From Blastocladiella emersonii ATCC 22665 (taxonomy: Eukaryota; Fungi; Blastocladiomycota), in the NCBI GenBank assembly GCA_025594325.1, contig JANHCV010000002.1, positions 1,240,001-1,304,000 on the forward strand: a stretch of DNA of 64,000 nucleotides. Reading direction: 5' to 3'. The notes beneath the pieces were generated by a model, which saw only the letters and a program-made list of their open reading frames with translations, was not told the DNA's origin and ran no database searches. A program made the translations under genes and the position numbers. Position 1 is the stretch's first letter. Every line of letters starts with the position of its first letter. Below, one piece after another: positions 46,373-56,810 of this stretch.

Positions 46373-47687
46373 ATGAAGCACATTCTCTCGCTCATCGTGG
46401 CCGCCGCGCTCGCCCTGTCGCTCGCCGCCCGCGTCGAGGCCTGGGGCCGTATCGGTACGCCCCACCCCACAGCTCCCGCGCGCCCGCCCACCCTGCTGAC
46501 CTCCTACTCCCCAAACTCCAGGCCACACCCTGACAGCGCGCGTCACGATGCTCCAGCTGTCGGACCAGACAAAGTCGGCGCTCCGCACTCTTTTGCCCGA
46601 GGTGAACGGCGACATTGCGCGCGTGTCGTCGTGGGCGGACGAGATCAAGCGGTCGCCGCGCTACTCGGGCACCGGCCCGCTCCACTACAGCGACGCGCAC
46701 GACGACCCGCCGCACGCGTGCTCGTACATCTACGCCCGCGACTGCCCCGACGGCAAGTGCGTCATCTCCGCCATCCGCTCCTTCACCGAGACCCTGCAGA
46801 ACGCGACACTTACGGGGTTTGGCGCGACGCGGACGGCCGAGGTTGAAGAGGAGTCGATGCTCGAGTCCCGCTCGCCTCGCCGCCGCCGTCGTCGCCCGCA
46901 GCGCCCCGCGCCCAAGCCGGCGCCCACGGGCGCGCCGTCGCCGCCCCCGCCCCACGGCCAGCTGCCCGCCTTCACGCCCATCGAGGCGCTCAAGTTCCTC
47001 GTCCATCTCGGTACGCCGCCTTGCTTTGGCATCCCACGCACCTTCCAACTCACCCTCACCTCGTACGCGCACCCGTAGTCCAGGACGTCCACCAGCCGCT
47101 GCACCTGTCGGGCCGCGACCGCGGCGGCAACGACGCGGTGGCGCACTTTGGCCGGCGCACGACCAACCTGCACTCGGTGTGGGACTCGCTGATGCTCGAG
47201 AAGGCGGTGCGCGACGACTACCAGGGCGACGAGGACTACATGGCGCAGGCGCTGCACGCCAAGCTCGAGCTCGAGTGGCGCGCCGAGGCGCCGGCGTGGA
47301 CCGCGTGCCCCGTCGCCAACGCGGACCGCGCGGCCACGAGCGCACGCTTCGCCATGCAGGGCCAGCAGGCGTCGCACCTGTCCCTCGCGGGCCCGTCGTC
47401 GCTCGGCGCGCACATCGACACCGTCATGTGCCCCGAGTTCTGGGCCACGGGCGTCGACCTGCTCAACTGCAACAACGTGTGGCTGCACTACAGCGAGTCG
47501 GCCGACCTCGCCGGCGAGTACTACGCCGAGAACAAGGCCGTGCTGCTCAAGTCGGTCGTCATGGGGTGCGTGCGTCAGCGAGCTCGCAAGGGAGACGAAG
47601 GCGATGAGCTAACAGAGAGAAAAACGGTTGTGTAGTGGTGTCCGGCTCGCGGCGCTCCTAGAGGCCGTTTTCAATCCGAGTCGCTGA
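46373..47687 (+). CDS. secreted S1/P1 nuclease, 3 introns
   Basis: Signal peptide then WGRIGH (spliced), SWADEIK, LHY, CVISAI, ALKFLVHLVQDVHQPLH, RGGN, NLHSVWD. Spliced end GGVRLAALLEAVF. Confidence 0.93.
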
Positions 47688-50236
47688 TCTCGATCGTTTC
47701 GGCTGCCGACGGCTGCGGCCTCCTCCTGCTGCTGCTTGACCCGCCGCCGTTCCTCGTGCTGGCGCCGGTGCTGTTGCGCCGCGTACCGGGGATCACGGCG
47801 GGCGCGTGCATGTACGACGGGAGGCGAGCTGGCGGCGCGGCGGCTACATTGCACATTCGCACACACAATTGTCAATATATACCCACTTTCTTGCTTGATC
47901 GCACGGTGTACCGATGAATCACGTACCTCGCTGGGAGAAAACACCCACCACGATGTCGTCGTCGTCGTCGCTGTCCGAGTTGCTCGACACGGTCACGACT
48001 TCGGCCTGGCTGCCGCTCGCTTGGCACCGGCCCTCGTCCCGCTCGTCATCGCTGTCGTTGACGACGACGACCTCGCTGGCGGCCCGTGACGCGCTGGTAC
48101 TGCTCGCGGCGGCGGATGGCGGTTGATCCCGCTCACTCAAACCGCTGGGGTGCGCCGACGCGCCGCGCGAAGTCGATGGCGGGCTGCCGCGACCGGTCGA
48201 CGTGTTGCTCGCAGCCGAACAAGCTGACCCGAGCCGCCCGCTCGATCCGCCCGCGTCCCGCGACGCACCGCGCGAGTCAGATGGCGATCTGCGTTGCCCG
48301 CTCGACGCGCTACTCGCGACAAACGACGCCGACCCGAGTCGCCCGCTCAATCCGCCCGCGTCCCGCGACGCGCTGCGCGAGTCTGGTGGCAACCCGTGTC
48401 GCCCGCCAAAGCCACCGGTGTGATTCGACGCGTGAGTTGGGACTGACAACGTCGCGACTCGCACGCCAAATCCGCCAGCGATGCGCAGCACGTCGCGCGA
48501 GACCGATGCGGACGACGACCCACTCGAGCCGCTGGCGGGCGGCGAAAATGTGCGGCGGCGGCGGTCGGCGCGCTCCTCCTCGTCGCTGTCCTCGACGATC
48601 ACCTCCTCGACCGGCCGAGAGCTGGTCCGCGGAATCGCGCCGGACGCAGCAGGCGCTGTGCTGGTCCGCGGGGTCGCGTCGGACGCAGTAGGCGCCGTGG
48701 TGTCCACGGCGTCCTCCTCGTCGCTGTCACCCAGCACGATGACCTCGACAGGCCGTGGCGCACGCGGCGGCGCGGGCGGTGGGGTCGGTACGCGAGGTGG
48801 AGTCGAGGATGAGGATGGCACGGTAATGACGGAGGGCGTAGAAGGAACGTCGATGGGCGATGGGGCGCGAGACGGCGAAGGGTCGCGCGGCGGGGTCTTG
48901 GGACGCGGTGGCGGCGCAGCGCGGGGCGGAGTCGCAACACGCAGCGGCGGATCGATGTGCGGTGGTGGCGCAACGCGTGGTGGTGTCGCGACGCGCGGTG
49001 GCGGGGAAGCACGAGCCAGCGTCCCAGTGCGCGGCCGAATCACCTTGCGAGGCGGCGACAGCGGAGGCGATGAAGATGATGGCGCGGGCGGTGCGGGAGA
49101 CGAGGCAGCGTCGCGAATCGGGCTCCATGGCTCGAACGTGTGGCGGTAATTGGTGGGGAGCAGGCGGTCGAGATCAGAGTCCTCGCTGAGGTCCCACCCG
49201 CTCTCCTCGATCTGGCCACGACGGCGGCGGCGGCGGCGCTGCGCCAGTCCCAGTGGCAGAGGTGCCCAGGATGACGGTGGCGGTGGCGATTCCGCGGGAC
49301 TAGCGCGCGGCGAGCGCGAAGTTGCGGACGCGGGAGCCTTCTGCTTCTGCTGCTGCTGATGAGTGATGCACTTGGGAAAGTCGACGAGGCCGAGCGTGAT
49401 GCGTTGCCGCTTCAGGCGCGACGTATCTGTGAGCGGCTTCGCCGCAGGCCGTTTGGATTGCGACGCGGTCGACGCAACGGCAGGATCCGAATACCAAGGC
49501 TACAAGGCGACTCGACGACGGTGAAATGATGAAAGCATAGACCAGCAACTATAGAACGTACCAAGCCAAACCCATCTAATAAGCTCGCGTCCGGCGTGAA
49601 ATGTTGTGCGGGGCGCTCGAGAGTGCGCACGAGATCGCAAATTTGCCTACATGGGTCGACAGAGTGTGAGCGAAGGCGATGGCGATGGGCAATGAATGAT
49701 CATACTTTATAGGGAGCTGCTTCGCGCCGCGACCACTCAGCTTGCCCTCGGCCTTACCGGTCCCGACTCGGCGCTCAAGCTCAAGCTTCAAGTGCTCCTG
49801 GACGGCCGCCCACATCTCCACCGCAGCGTGATCACCGACGTGCCTGCGGAAAGTCTAGGCGAACCGTAGATCAGGTACTCCATCACTGCAAGCCGAGCAG
49901 CGCTATTTCGAGTACCTTGCCGCAGTCGGCGTACGGGCACACGAAGCAGCCATCATCGGGCGACGGAAGCGTGTGTCTGACCGCTCTCGCGCGCACCACC
50001 GAGCAGGACGGCAACTCTGGGAGCGCGAAGCACGGGTCCCGCTCGGTGCGCGCAAAGTGGCTGGCAATCGCCGCCTGCGGAAGTGGAGGAGGAGGAGTCA
50101 AGTGCTTGGTGCCGGCGCGCCGCGTCCGCGACGATGCGACAGTCGACGACGACGACGAGCCCGTGTTGGCGCGCTTGGCCGGCTGAGCCGACTTACCTGG
50201 CGCGGCGCGCTTGCGGCCGGCTCCGCCACGCTCCAT
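47671..50236 (-). CDS. Zn-finger + Ser/Pro-rich poly-SUMO-interacting-motif protein (~725 aa, 5 exons)
   Basis: Frame-consistent model: exons 50236-49916, 49854-49758, 49575-49562, 49499-47927, 47843-47671. CPYADCGKTFRRH finger, R7 NLS-like tract, six V/I-rich + SD/acidic motifs. Confidence 0.65.
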
Positions 50237-50584
50237 TCTGGCGGTGCGGGCGAGACAGACAGCGGCGAGCGAGTGCGGGGCGGAGACGCGTCACCGAGGG
50301 CAGCAAAGAGGGGAGCGCGTGGGACTCACGTTGCGGGCGCTCACAGCTTCATCCAAGTCAAACCATGGGTGTGCAGACCGGTCGGGGTGCCGATGCGGCC
50401 GATGGGATGGTGGCTGCGAGCGGGAGGCCCCCGAAAATGCGGGACTCACATATTTTCGCACTGTAAAACGTGAGACCTGCTGATATCGCGACGCGTCCAC
50501 GGCCCCGCGCGTCGCGCTCAACTCCCACGGTCCCGTTCCAGCCACCAGTACGCGCTCGCATCAGATCAAGTCCCACTGAAGGCA

Positions 50585-53500
50585 ATGGAAACCAATGTAT
50601 CGTGTCGCCCCGCGCTCGCTCCGCGCTCGGTTGCGCTCTCGCGGTCGCCCTCTGTGATCGCCGCAGGCCGCCTCGTCTCGGGCGAGGAGATTGTCGTTTC
50701 AACCCACGGCGCGCAACTTCTTCTCTTCGTGCTGGCCGACGGCGAGCTTCCAGCTGCCACCGAACCCGCCGCTGCCTCCCTGCACCAAGAACCCGCCGTC
50801 GCGGTCGCACTCCATGGCAACTCGGGCCGCGTCTTGTCCATGGATGCCGCTGGCGTCGTCGCAGAGCACACGATTGTCTCTTCCACCACCTCTCGTCATG
50901 GACTCGCTCTCCGGCCAGTGGGCGAAGTCGCCCGGCTCCCGCTTCCGCGCACACGAGCGTCGCTAAGCCTGAGCGCCGACGGGTCCTGCTTCTCCGCATC
51001 CAGCGACTGCGCCGTATACGTCATGCACCAGCAGCGCCATCTTGCCGCTCGACCTGGACTCCCTGCCGACCCGCAACAGCACTCGTGGCGCGGCGCGACG
51101 CGGTACTGCCTCGAGGGCCACCTCGCCCCCATCATCGCGACCGCCATCGCGCCCTCGACCGGCTGGCTCATCACTGCCGCCGAGGACCGCACGTTCAAGG
51201 TGTGGGACCTCGCCCAGCAGCGCTGCGTGTACCAGAGCGAGATCCTGTCGCCCACGGCGCAGCTCACGTCGCTCGACATGGGCCCGCGCGGCGACACGCT
51301 CTACGTCGGCGCCGACGACGGCACGCTGCGCACGTACCAGCTCGCTCCCGTGGTCCGCGCCGCTGACGTTCTGCGCGGCAAGTCGGACGCGGGAAACGCC
51401 GTGCAGCCGCAGCTGCGACACACGGTCAACGTTGCGCAGTGGCTCCGCAGCACGCTGGCGCGCGAGGACGAGGCCGAGGCGCAGCCCGAAACTATCACCA
51501 TCTCGACGGCGGGCCGCCCGCGCATGCCCGCTGCAGACAGTGCCGTGGATCTCTTCATGGACGACGTCATGTCCTGCTCACCCGCCATCCTCGCGTGCCA
51601 CGTGGTTGGCGAGCACACGTTTGTCTTTATCGCGAGCCACGTCTTTGTCGCTGACGCGGCGTCGGGCGACTTGCGCCACGCCGTGAACCTGTGCGCGCCG
51701 ACTCCCGTCGTCGGCAGCAGCCTCTTCTCGGCTCAGCAGCGAGAGCATGCGCTTGGTCTCACGCGTGCCGTCGCACTTCTGGACGACGGCGCCGTCGACG
51801 GCGAGGAGTGCAGCGACCACGTCTCGTGGGCCGTCGTCCCGCTCTTTGCTGCCGACTCGCCCTGGACCGTCCTCAGCCTCTCGCTAAGCCGTTCCTCGGT
51901 CCAGCTCGATCCCGGCTCCTCGCACGAGTTCATCGCGTCCTACCTCGCCGAGCACGCCGTCGACACGCGGCTCGACCAGGTCCTACCCGTCGCGATTGCA
52001 GCCGCGCACGGCGGTGCCTCGGCCTGGACTCGCGCGACGGTGCAGACCTCGCTCGACGCGCTCCACCGCGCGCGGCTGTTCACCGTGGCCGACCTGCTCG
52101 CCTCGCGCGGCGCAGATCTCGCAGCCCTTGGGCTTCCCATGGGCGTCGCAGGGCTCGTTGCCGATATTGTCAACGTCGCGACCGCGCTCCAGTCCGGCCG
52201 CTCGCGGCTCTCGTTTGACGGCGTGCCCGAGTCAAAGCTCGACGCCGGATCGCCGCTGCGCAAATGGATGTGGGCGAGCAAAAGCGCTCCCGTCGCTGGA
52301 AAGAAGAAGTTGCTCGACAAGCCCGTCACGTTCCACGCAAAGGTGCGCTCGTCCGGGTACACGGCCGCGCCCGTCGTCCCGCGCCATCTTGCTATGCAGC
52401 GGCAGAAACGTGGCGGCGGGACGCCCGCCTCGAGCGCAGCAATGCGCCCACGGTCGGCGACACCATCCGAAGCAGGTGGTGAGACGAGCGGGACGTGGGC
52501 CGCGCGCGGCGCAACCTCGGCGCTCGCGCCTTCCGTCGTGCTCGCGGAACCCATCCACCCGGCGTCCATCAGCGCCGCGTTGTTCGCACCGTGCTCCGGC
52601 CGATACCTCGCCCTCGGCACCAACGACGGCGCGGTCCTGCTCGCGCGACCCAGTCCAGCCGCGGCCGAGTCGCGGTTCCCTGTCCTCGCCACGCATCGGC
52701 TACCTGGCGGCGCCGTCAACAGCGTCGGGTGGTCGCACGACGAGTCCATGGTCGTGGCGAGCACGGCGTCGACGGTGTCAGTGTGGCGCGCGCCGTCAAG
52801 CGCATCCGCGGTTCCTGCGACCGCCGCTGCGATTGAGGACGCGCGCATCCTCGACGTGAACGAGTGGTACTCGGCCGGCGCGACCGTCTCCGCGGCGCAG
52901 TTCTTCTACCAGTCCAAGTTCCTCCTCGTCGCCGCGGGCGACCGCGTCGAGCTGCTCAAATACCGCACGTCCGCGGCTGACACGGTTGGTGGTGGGACCG
53001 AGAAGCGCAAGCTGCTGACCAGCTCTGCCTCGCTCGCCGACGTTGCGCCGCGCCGGCTCGCCACGACCATGGCCAAGCGCGTGTGGTCGGCGGCCGCGCT
53101 AGACGGCTCGCACGGGATCACGGCCATGGCCGCGTGCAACGCGACGCCGAGCCCGCTCATCGTCCACGCCACGTCGGGCAAGGCGCTGTGCATCGCCGAC
53201 GCGAACACGGGTACTATCGTGACCAAAATCGCGTCGGGCGGCGGCGGCGGATCCGACGTGACGCTCGACGACCCCGCGGCGCGGTTCCTCCCACCACTCG
53301 CGACGGCAACGACGGCGATTCCGCCCTCGCTAGCGCGACACCCGCTCACCCGCGCGATTCACGCGATCCGTGTCCTCGATCCCGCCTTCTGCACGACCCC
53401 CGGAGCCGCGCACCTGTTCATGACCACGGCCGCCGGCGACCTCGTCAAGCTGTGGGACGTGCGCACCGCATCGCCCGTCGTCCGGCTCGGCGCCGCGCTT

Positions 53501-53908
53501 CCAGCTCCACGCGGTGCACGGACCATAGGTTCCGGAGCGTCGATCTCGCCCTGCGGTACGCTCGTGGCCGCGCCGACGGGGGACGCGAGCTGTGCGATCG
53601 CCGTGTTCGACGTGCGTAACGCGCAGATTGCGGTCAAGCTCCCAGCCGCGGTGCCGGCCATGTCCGCCGTGCGGCGGCGGGTCGCAGGGCCAGCTGCGGG
53701 TGCTGGGCGCCGGCCTGGGTCGGCCATGGGTAGCGGTAGCGCGGCAAGGGCGTCTCCCGCGTTCGGCAGTTCGACTGCGTCAACGGGCGTCGCGCCCGTC
53801 GTTCCGACCATGGGCGGCGAGGACGCGGGTGCCGTCGACTTTCATCCGATCCGGTCCGCGCTTGTGGCGGGCACGACGCGCGGGAACGGGGTGCTGTTCA
53901 GGTTGTAA
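50585..53908 (+). CDS. WDR27: WD40-repeat protein WDR27-like (1107 aa)
   Basis: WD repeats (LEGHLAPI...LITAAEDRTFKVWD). Recalled WDR27-typical segments KPVTFHAKVRSSGY, AQFFYQSKFLL, LFMTTAAGDLVKLWDVRT, ISPCG. Confidence 0.75.
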   Translation: METNVSCRPALAPRSVALSRSPSVIAAGRLVSGEEIVVSTHGAQLLLFVLADGELPAATEPAAASLHQEPAVAVALHGNSGRVLSMDAAGVVAEHTIVSSTTSRHGLALRPVGEVARLPLPRTRASLSLSADGSCFSASSDCAVYVMHQQRHLAARPGLPADPQQHSWRGATRYCLEGHLAPIIATAIAPSTGWLITAAEDRTFKVWDLAQQRCVYQSEILSPTAQLTSLDMGPRGDTLYVGADDGTLRTYQLAPVVRAADVLRGKSDAGNAVQPQLRHTVNVAQWLRSTLAREDEAEAQPETITISTAGRPRMPAADSAVDLFMDDVMSCSPAILACHVVGEHTFVFIASHVFVADAASGDLRHAVNLCAPTPVVGSSLFSAQQREHALGLTRAVALLDDGAVDGEECSDHVSWAVVPLFAADSPWTVLSLSLSRSSVQLDPGSSHEFIASYLAEHAVDTRLDQVLPVAIAAAHGGASAWTRATVQTSLDALHRARLFTVADLLASRGADLAALGLPMGVAGLVADIVNVATALQSGRSRLSFDGVPESKLDAGSPLRKWMWASKSAPVAGKKKLLDKPVTFHAKVRSSGYTAAPVVPRHLAMQRQKRGGGTPASSAAMRPRSATPSEAGGETSGTWAARGATSALAPSVVLAEPIHPASISAALFAPCSGRYLALGTNDGAVLLARPSPAAAESRFPVLATHRLPGGAVNSVGWSHDESMVVASTASTVSVWRAPSSASAVPATAAAIEDARILDVNEWYSAGATVSAAQFFYQSKFLLVAAGDRVELLKYRTSAADTVGGGTEKRKLLTSSASLADVAPRRLATTMAKRVWSAAALDGSHGITAMAACNATPSPLIVHATSGKALCIADANTGTIVTKIASGGGGGSDVTLDDPAARFLPPLATATTAIPPSLARHPLTRAIHAIRVLDPAFCTTPGAAHLFMTTAAGDLVKLWDVRTASPVVRLGAALPAPRGARTIGSGASISPCGTLVAAPTGDASCAIAVFDVRNAQIAVKLPAAVPAMSAVRRRVAGPAAGAGRRPGSAMGSGSAARASPAFGSSTASTGVAPVVPTMGGEDAGAVDFHPIRSALVAGTTRGNGVLFRL

Positions 53909-54374
53909 TTATATAATCAGTTCTCCGACACACGTTTGTGGCCACGGACAGCGAGGCGAGTCGCCGGGATCCCGCAACTGGGTGCCGGATATGCTATCAT
54001 TTCTTTGACACGGGCATTTCGGACGCTTGAGTAATTGATCAATTCTTCTCAAAGTTCAACGAGCGACAGCAGGGCTGGAATGGCGCAACGCGTGTTCTCA
54101 GCCACGGCGTGACCGCGGCGCGCGCTGAGTGGTCGCGGCCGAAATGTCTCGCACCGTGTCTCGCACGCCACTCCGCAGCACCGCTCTGTCAGTCGCACTC
54201 CGCAAATGCGAATGCGGATGCGAATGCGAATGCGCAGACTCGGTGAGGGGCATGCAGCCATGAACGGCGGCGGGCCGACCCTATAAAGATCGGCCTCGCC
54301 TCGCCCTTCTCGTACCGTTCTTCACTCTTGCATCTCAAGAAGCATCAAGTCACTCCTACCTCATCCTTTCCAAC

Positions 54375-55226
54375 ATGGGTCGCACTCAGATCAACTCCGC
54401 CCAGCGCCAGGCTGTTCACCAGCAGCAGGCCCAGGCCGCGAACGCCAAGACCATGCAGGCGCCCGCCGCCGCCGCCGCCAAGTCGCAGCAGCAGCAGCAG
54501 CAGTCGTCCAAGCAACAGCAGCAGGCCGTTCCGGCTCGCGCGCAGTCGCCTCAGGCTAAGCAGCAGGCTCCGCAGCAGCAGGCTCGCGCGCAGTCGGCGC
54601 AGCCGAAGCAGGCCGCCGCCGGTCCCCAGCAGCAGGCGAAGGCCGCCGCCCCGCAGCAGCAGAAGACCGCGCTCGCTCAGGCCCGCGCCCAGTCGCCTCA
54701 GCTCAAGCAGGCCCAGGCCGCTCCTCAGCAGTCCACCGCCCGCACCCAGTCGGCGCAGCCCAAGCAGCAGCAGCAGGCTGCGCAGGTGTACCGCGCCTCG
54801 CCCGTCCGCGAGCACCCCGACGACGCGTTCCTCTCGGGCGCGTGGATGTTCGACGAGGCCCGCGTCCCGCAGTGGATGGCGTCGCAGCTCCCCAAGCAGC
54901 AGGCCCGCGCGCAGCAGGCCGCGGCGCCCTCTCAGCAGCAGCAGCAGCGCGCTCAGTCGGCGCAGCCCCAGCTCAAGCAGCAGCAGCAGCAGGCCGCCGC
55001 GGCGCGCCCGCTCTCGGCGCAGTCGAAGCAGGCTGCCCCCGCCGCCAAGCAAGCGCCCGCCCAGCAGCAGCAGCGCGCGCAGTCGCCTGAGGCCAAGCAG
55101 GTGCCGGCCGCGGCCCAGATCAAGCAGGCTCCCGCTCAGCAGAAGCAGGCCCCGACCCAGCAGCAGAAGCAGCAGCAGGACCAGCGCCGTCCTCAGTCGC
55201 CGACGCGCGGCAACAAGCGCTCGTAA
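54375..55226 (+). CDS. basic Gln/Ala/Pro/Lys-rich repeat protein, copy 2 (283 aa)
   Basis: Same N-terminus, core and C-terminus as 6573-7754 but fewer repeat units. All net indels are in frame. TATA box at 54282. Confidence 0.85.
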   Translation: MGRTQINSAQRQAVHQQQAQAANAKTMQAPAAAAAKSQQQQQQSSKQQQQAVPARAQSPQAKQQAPQQQARAQSAQPKQAAAGPQQQAKAAAPQQQKTALAQARAQSPQLKQAQAAPQQSTARTQSAQPKQQQQAAQVYRASPVREHPDDAFLSGAWMFDEARVPQWMASQLPKQQARAQQAAAPSQQQQQRAQSAQPQLKQQQQQAAAARPLSAQSKQAAPAAKQAPAQQQQRAQSPEAKQVPAAAQIKQAPAQQKQAPTQQQKQQQDQRRPQSPTRGNKRS

Positions 55227-55456
55227 GTGCGAGCGCGCGGCGGTGATGCCTATACCCTCATTCGCTGCAATTTGTGTGAAAATATACGTTCTTTCGTGCT
55301 ACATACTTCTTTCGTGTTCCTCATGTGTTCGTTACGCAATAGCGCTCATTCATGAACCAGCTGCTGTGATCGTGTTGTGGCCATGGCCGTCTTGACCATG
55401 ACCTTGATCACCGCCCGCCATGGCCTAGATCGCGACTAATGTATATTGATCACCCG

Positions 55457-56245
55457 CTAGCATACACGGCACTCGTCGCGCAGCTCCATTGTCGACACGG
55501 AAAGCCCCGCGGGCGCGGCGAGCCGGCCCGAGCTCGATCCCACGGCGCCGGATCCCTTGAGCGGCGACGCGAGGAGCATCGAGCTCGACGCGCGCGTTCT
55601 AGACGGCGGATATGCACCGACTTGTGTGCTTGGCCCGCGGATGGTACCGCTGCTGCTGTTCCCAGTGAGGTTGCCTGTCGACGGCGCGCCAAGGCCGCCA
55701 AATGGCACGTTCCGCCCGGTACTCGACGACGTCGATCCGCCCGTGAGCCCGCTCTACGACGCGTTGCGCGATGTGGCGGCGGCCGCGGCGCACGCGGCCC
55801 ACACGCCCGCCGCGTTCTGCGCCGAGAACAAGACATAGAGCGTGCTCGGGTCGACGGCGTTGGCGAGGCCGAGGATCGACGTGACGAGGTACACGAAGAT
55901 GGCGACGGAGAGCCGCATCGTCTGGTTGCGGAGGAGCCGGCGCAGCGTGGTCGCCGACGTCGCGAACCCGGACCGGCTCGCGCGGCGCAGGTGGCCGATG
56001 AGCGGGCGCGCGAAGATGACAGGACGCCGCCGTGGAGCACGCACAGGAGCAGCTTTCCGACGTTGTTGCGTCGACGCACACGGGCCCGCGACAATGATGA
56101 AAGTCGACTTGAGGCACGACGAATGCGCGATCAGGCCCATGACCGTGCGGAAAAGGGCGAACAGGACGACGCGCGCGAGCAGGCACGGGCCACGCCTCGC
56201 GCGGCACAGGTTGATGGCGGACGCGAGCATCAGCGAGGACCGGCG
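55457..56245 (-). pseudogene. 5'-truncated, disrupted 7TM GPCR-like gene (copy 4)
   Basis: Lacks TM1-3. Frame is disrupted in the TQLWSNN/TM5 region. CAG->TAG at 55756-55754 relative to copy 2, plus further tail indels. Confidence 0.85.
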
Positions 56246-56810
56246 GCGGCAGTTGAACTGCGTTTGAATTGCAAGGCTCCCGTGAATCGACACCCTGCTG
56301 CCGGCCCCTTCTCGTCATCCTGCCCACAACGTGATCCCCGTCTCGCCTCGATGTAGATTGAGGAACCTAACCTTTTTTGTTTCGATTACGCTTCCGTTTC
56401 TTTTTTCTTCAACGTGCCGGGAGATGGTCCAAAGCGCAAGCAAGAACGCGACCTCGGGAGACGCGTCGCAAAAAGCGCGTGATCACTGATCAGTCACGCG
56501 TCGAACGCGAGACGCGTCGCGCCGATCATGATTGCATTTCAGCGCAGGGTTGAGGAGAAGTTCTTCCAGACGTGTTACCTCCGGGCGCCGCTGATCATTC
56601 GACTCTAAACGTATATTATGGCGAGAGAGCGACGACTGCGGTAGATCGCGGAGCACGATGGCGTGTCAATCGCGTTCTTCGCGCGCAAGCTGCACGCGGC
56701 GCGGCGCCGTCACCGACTGCCGGTACAGCTGCTCCAGCGCGTTCACCGCCGTCTTAAAGTGCCCGTGCGAGCTGATAGGGACGAGCGGTGGGGCGGTCGC
56801 GGCAAATCTG

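Larger units (their letters stand above)
54070..56245. repeat. segmental duplication, copy B
   Basis: Same-orientation copy of 6259-8820 lying between WDR27 and the ankyrin gene. Confidence 0.9.

Noticed and set aside
52020-52180. SAM-like segment inside WDR27 (WTRATVQTSLDAL...DLAALGLPMG)
   Set aside because: The resemblance is too weak to call without a profile search.
54050-56251. gttcaac/gttgaac as terminal inverted repeats of the duplicated block
   Set aside because: Only 7-8 bp, partly derived from the parent sequence, with no TSD or transposase.
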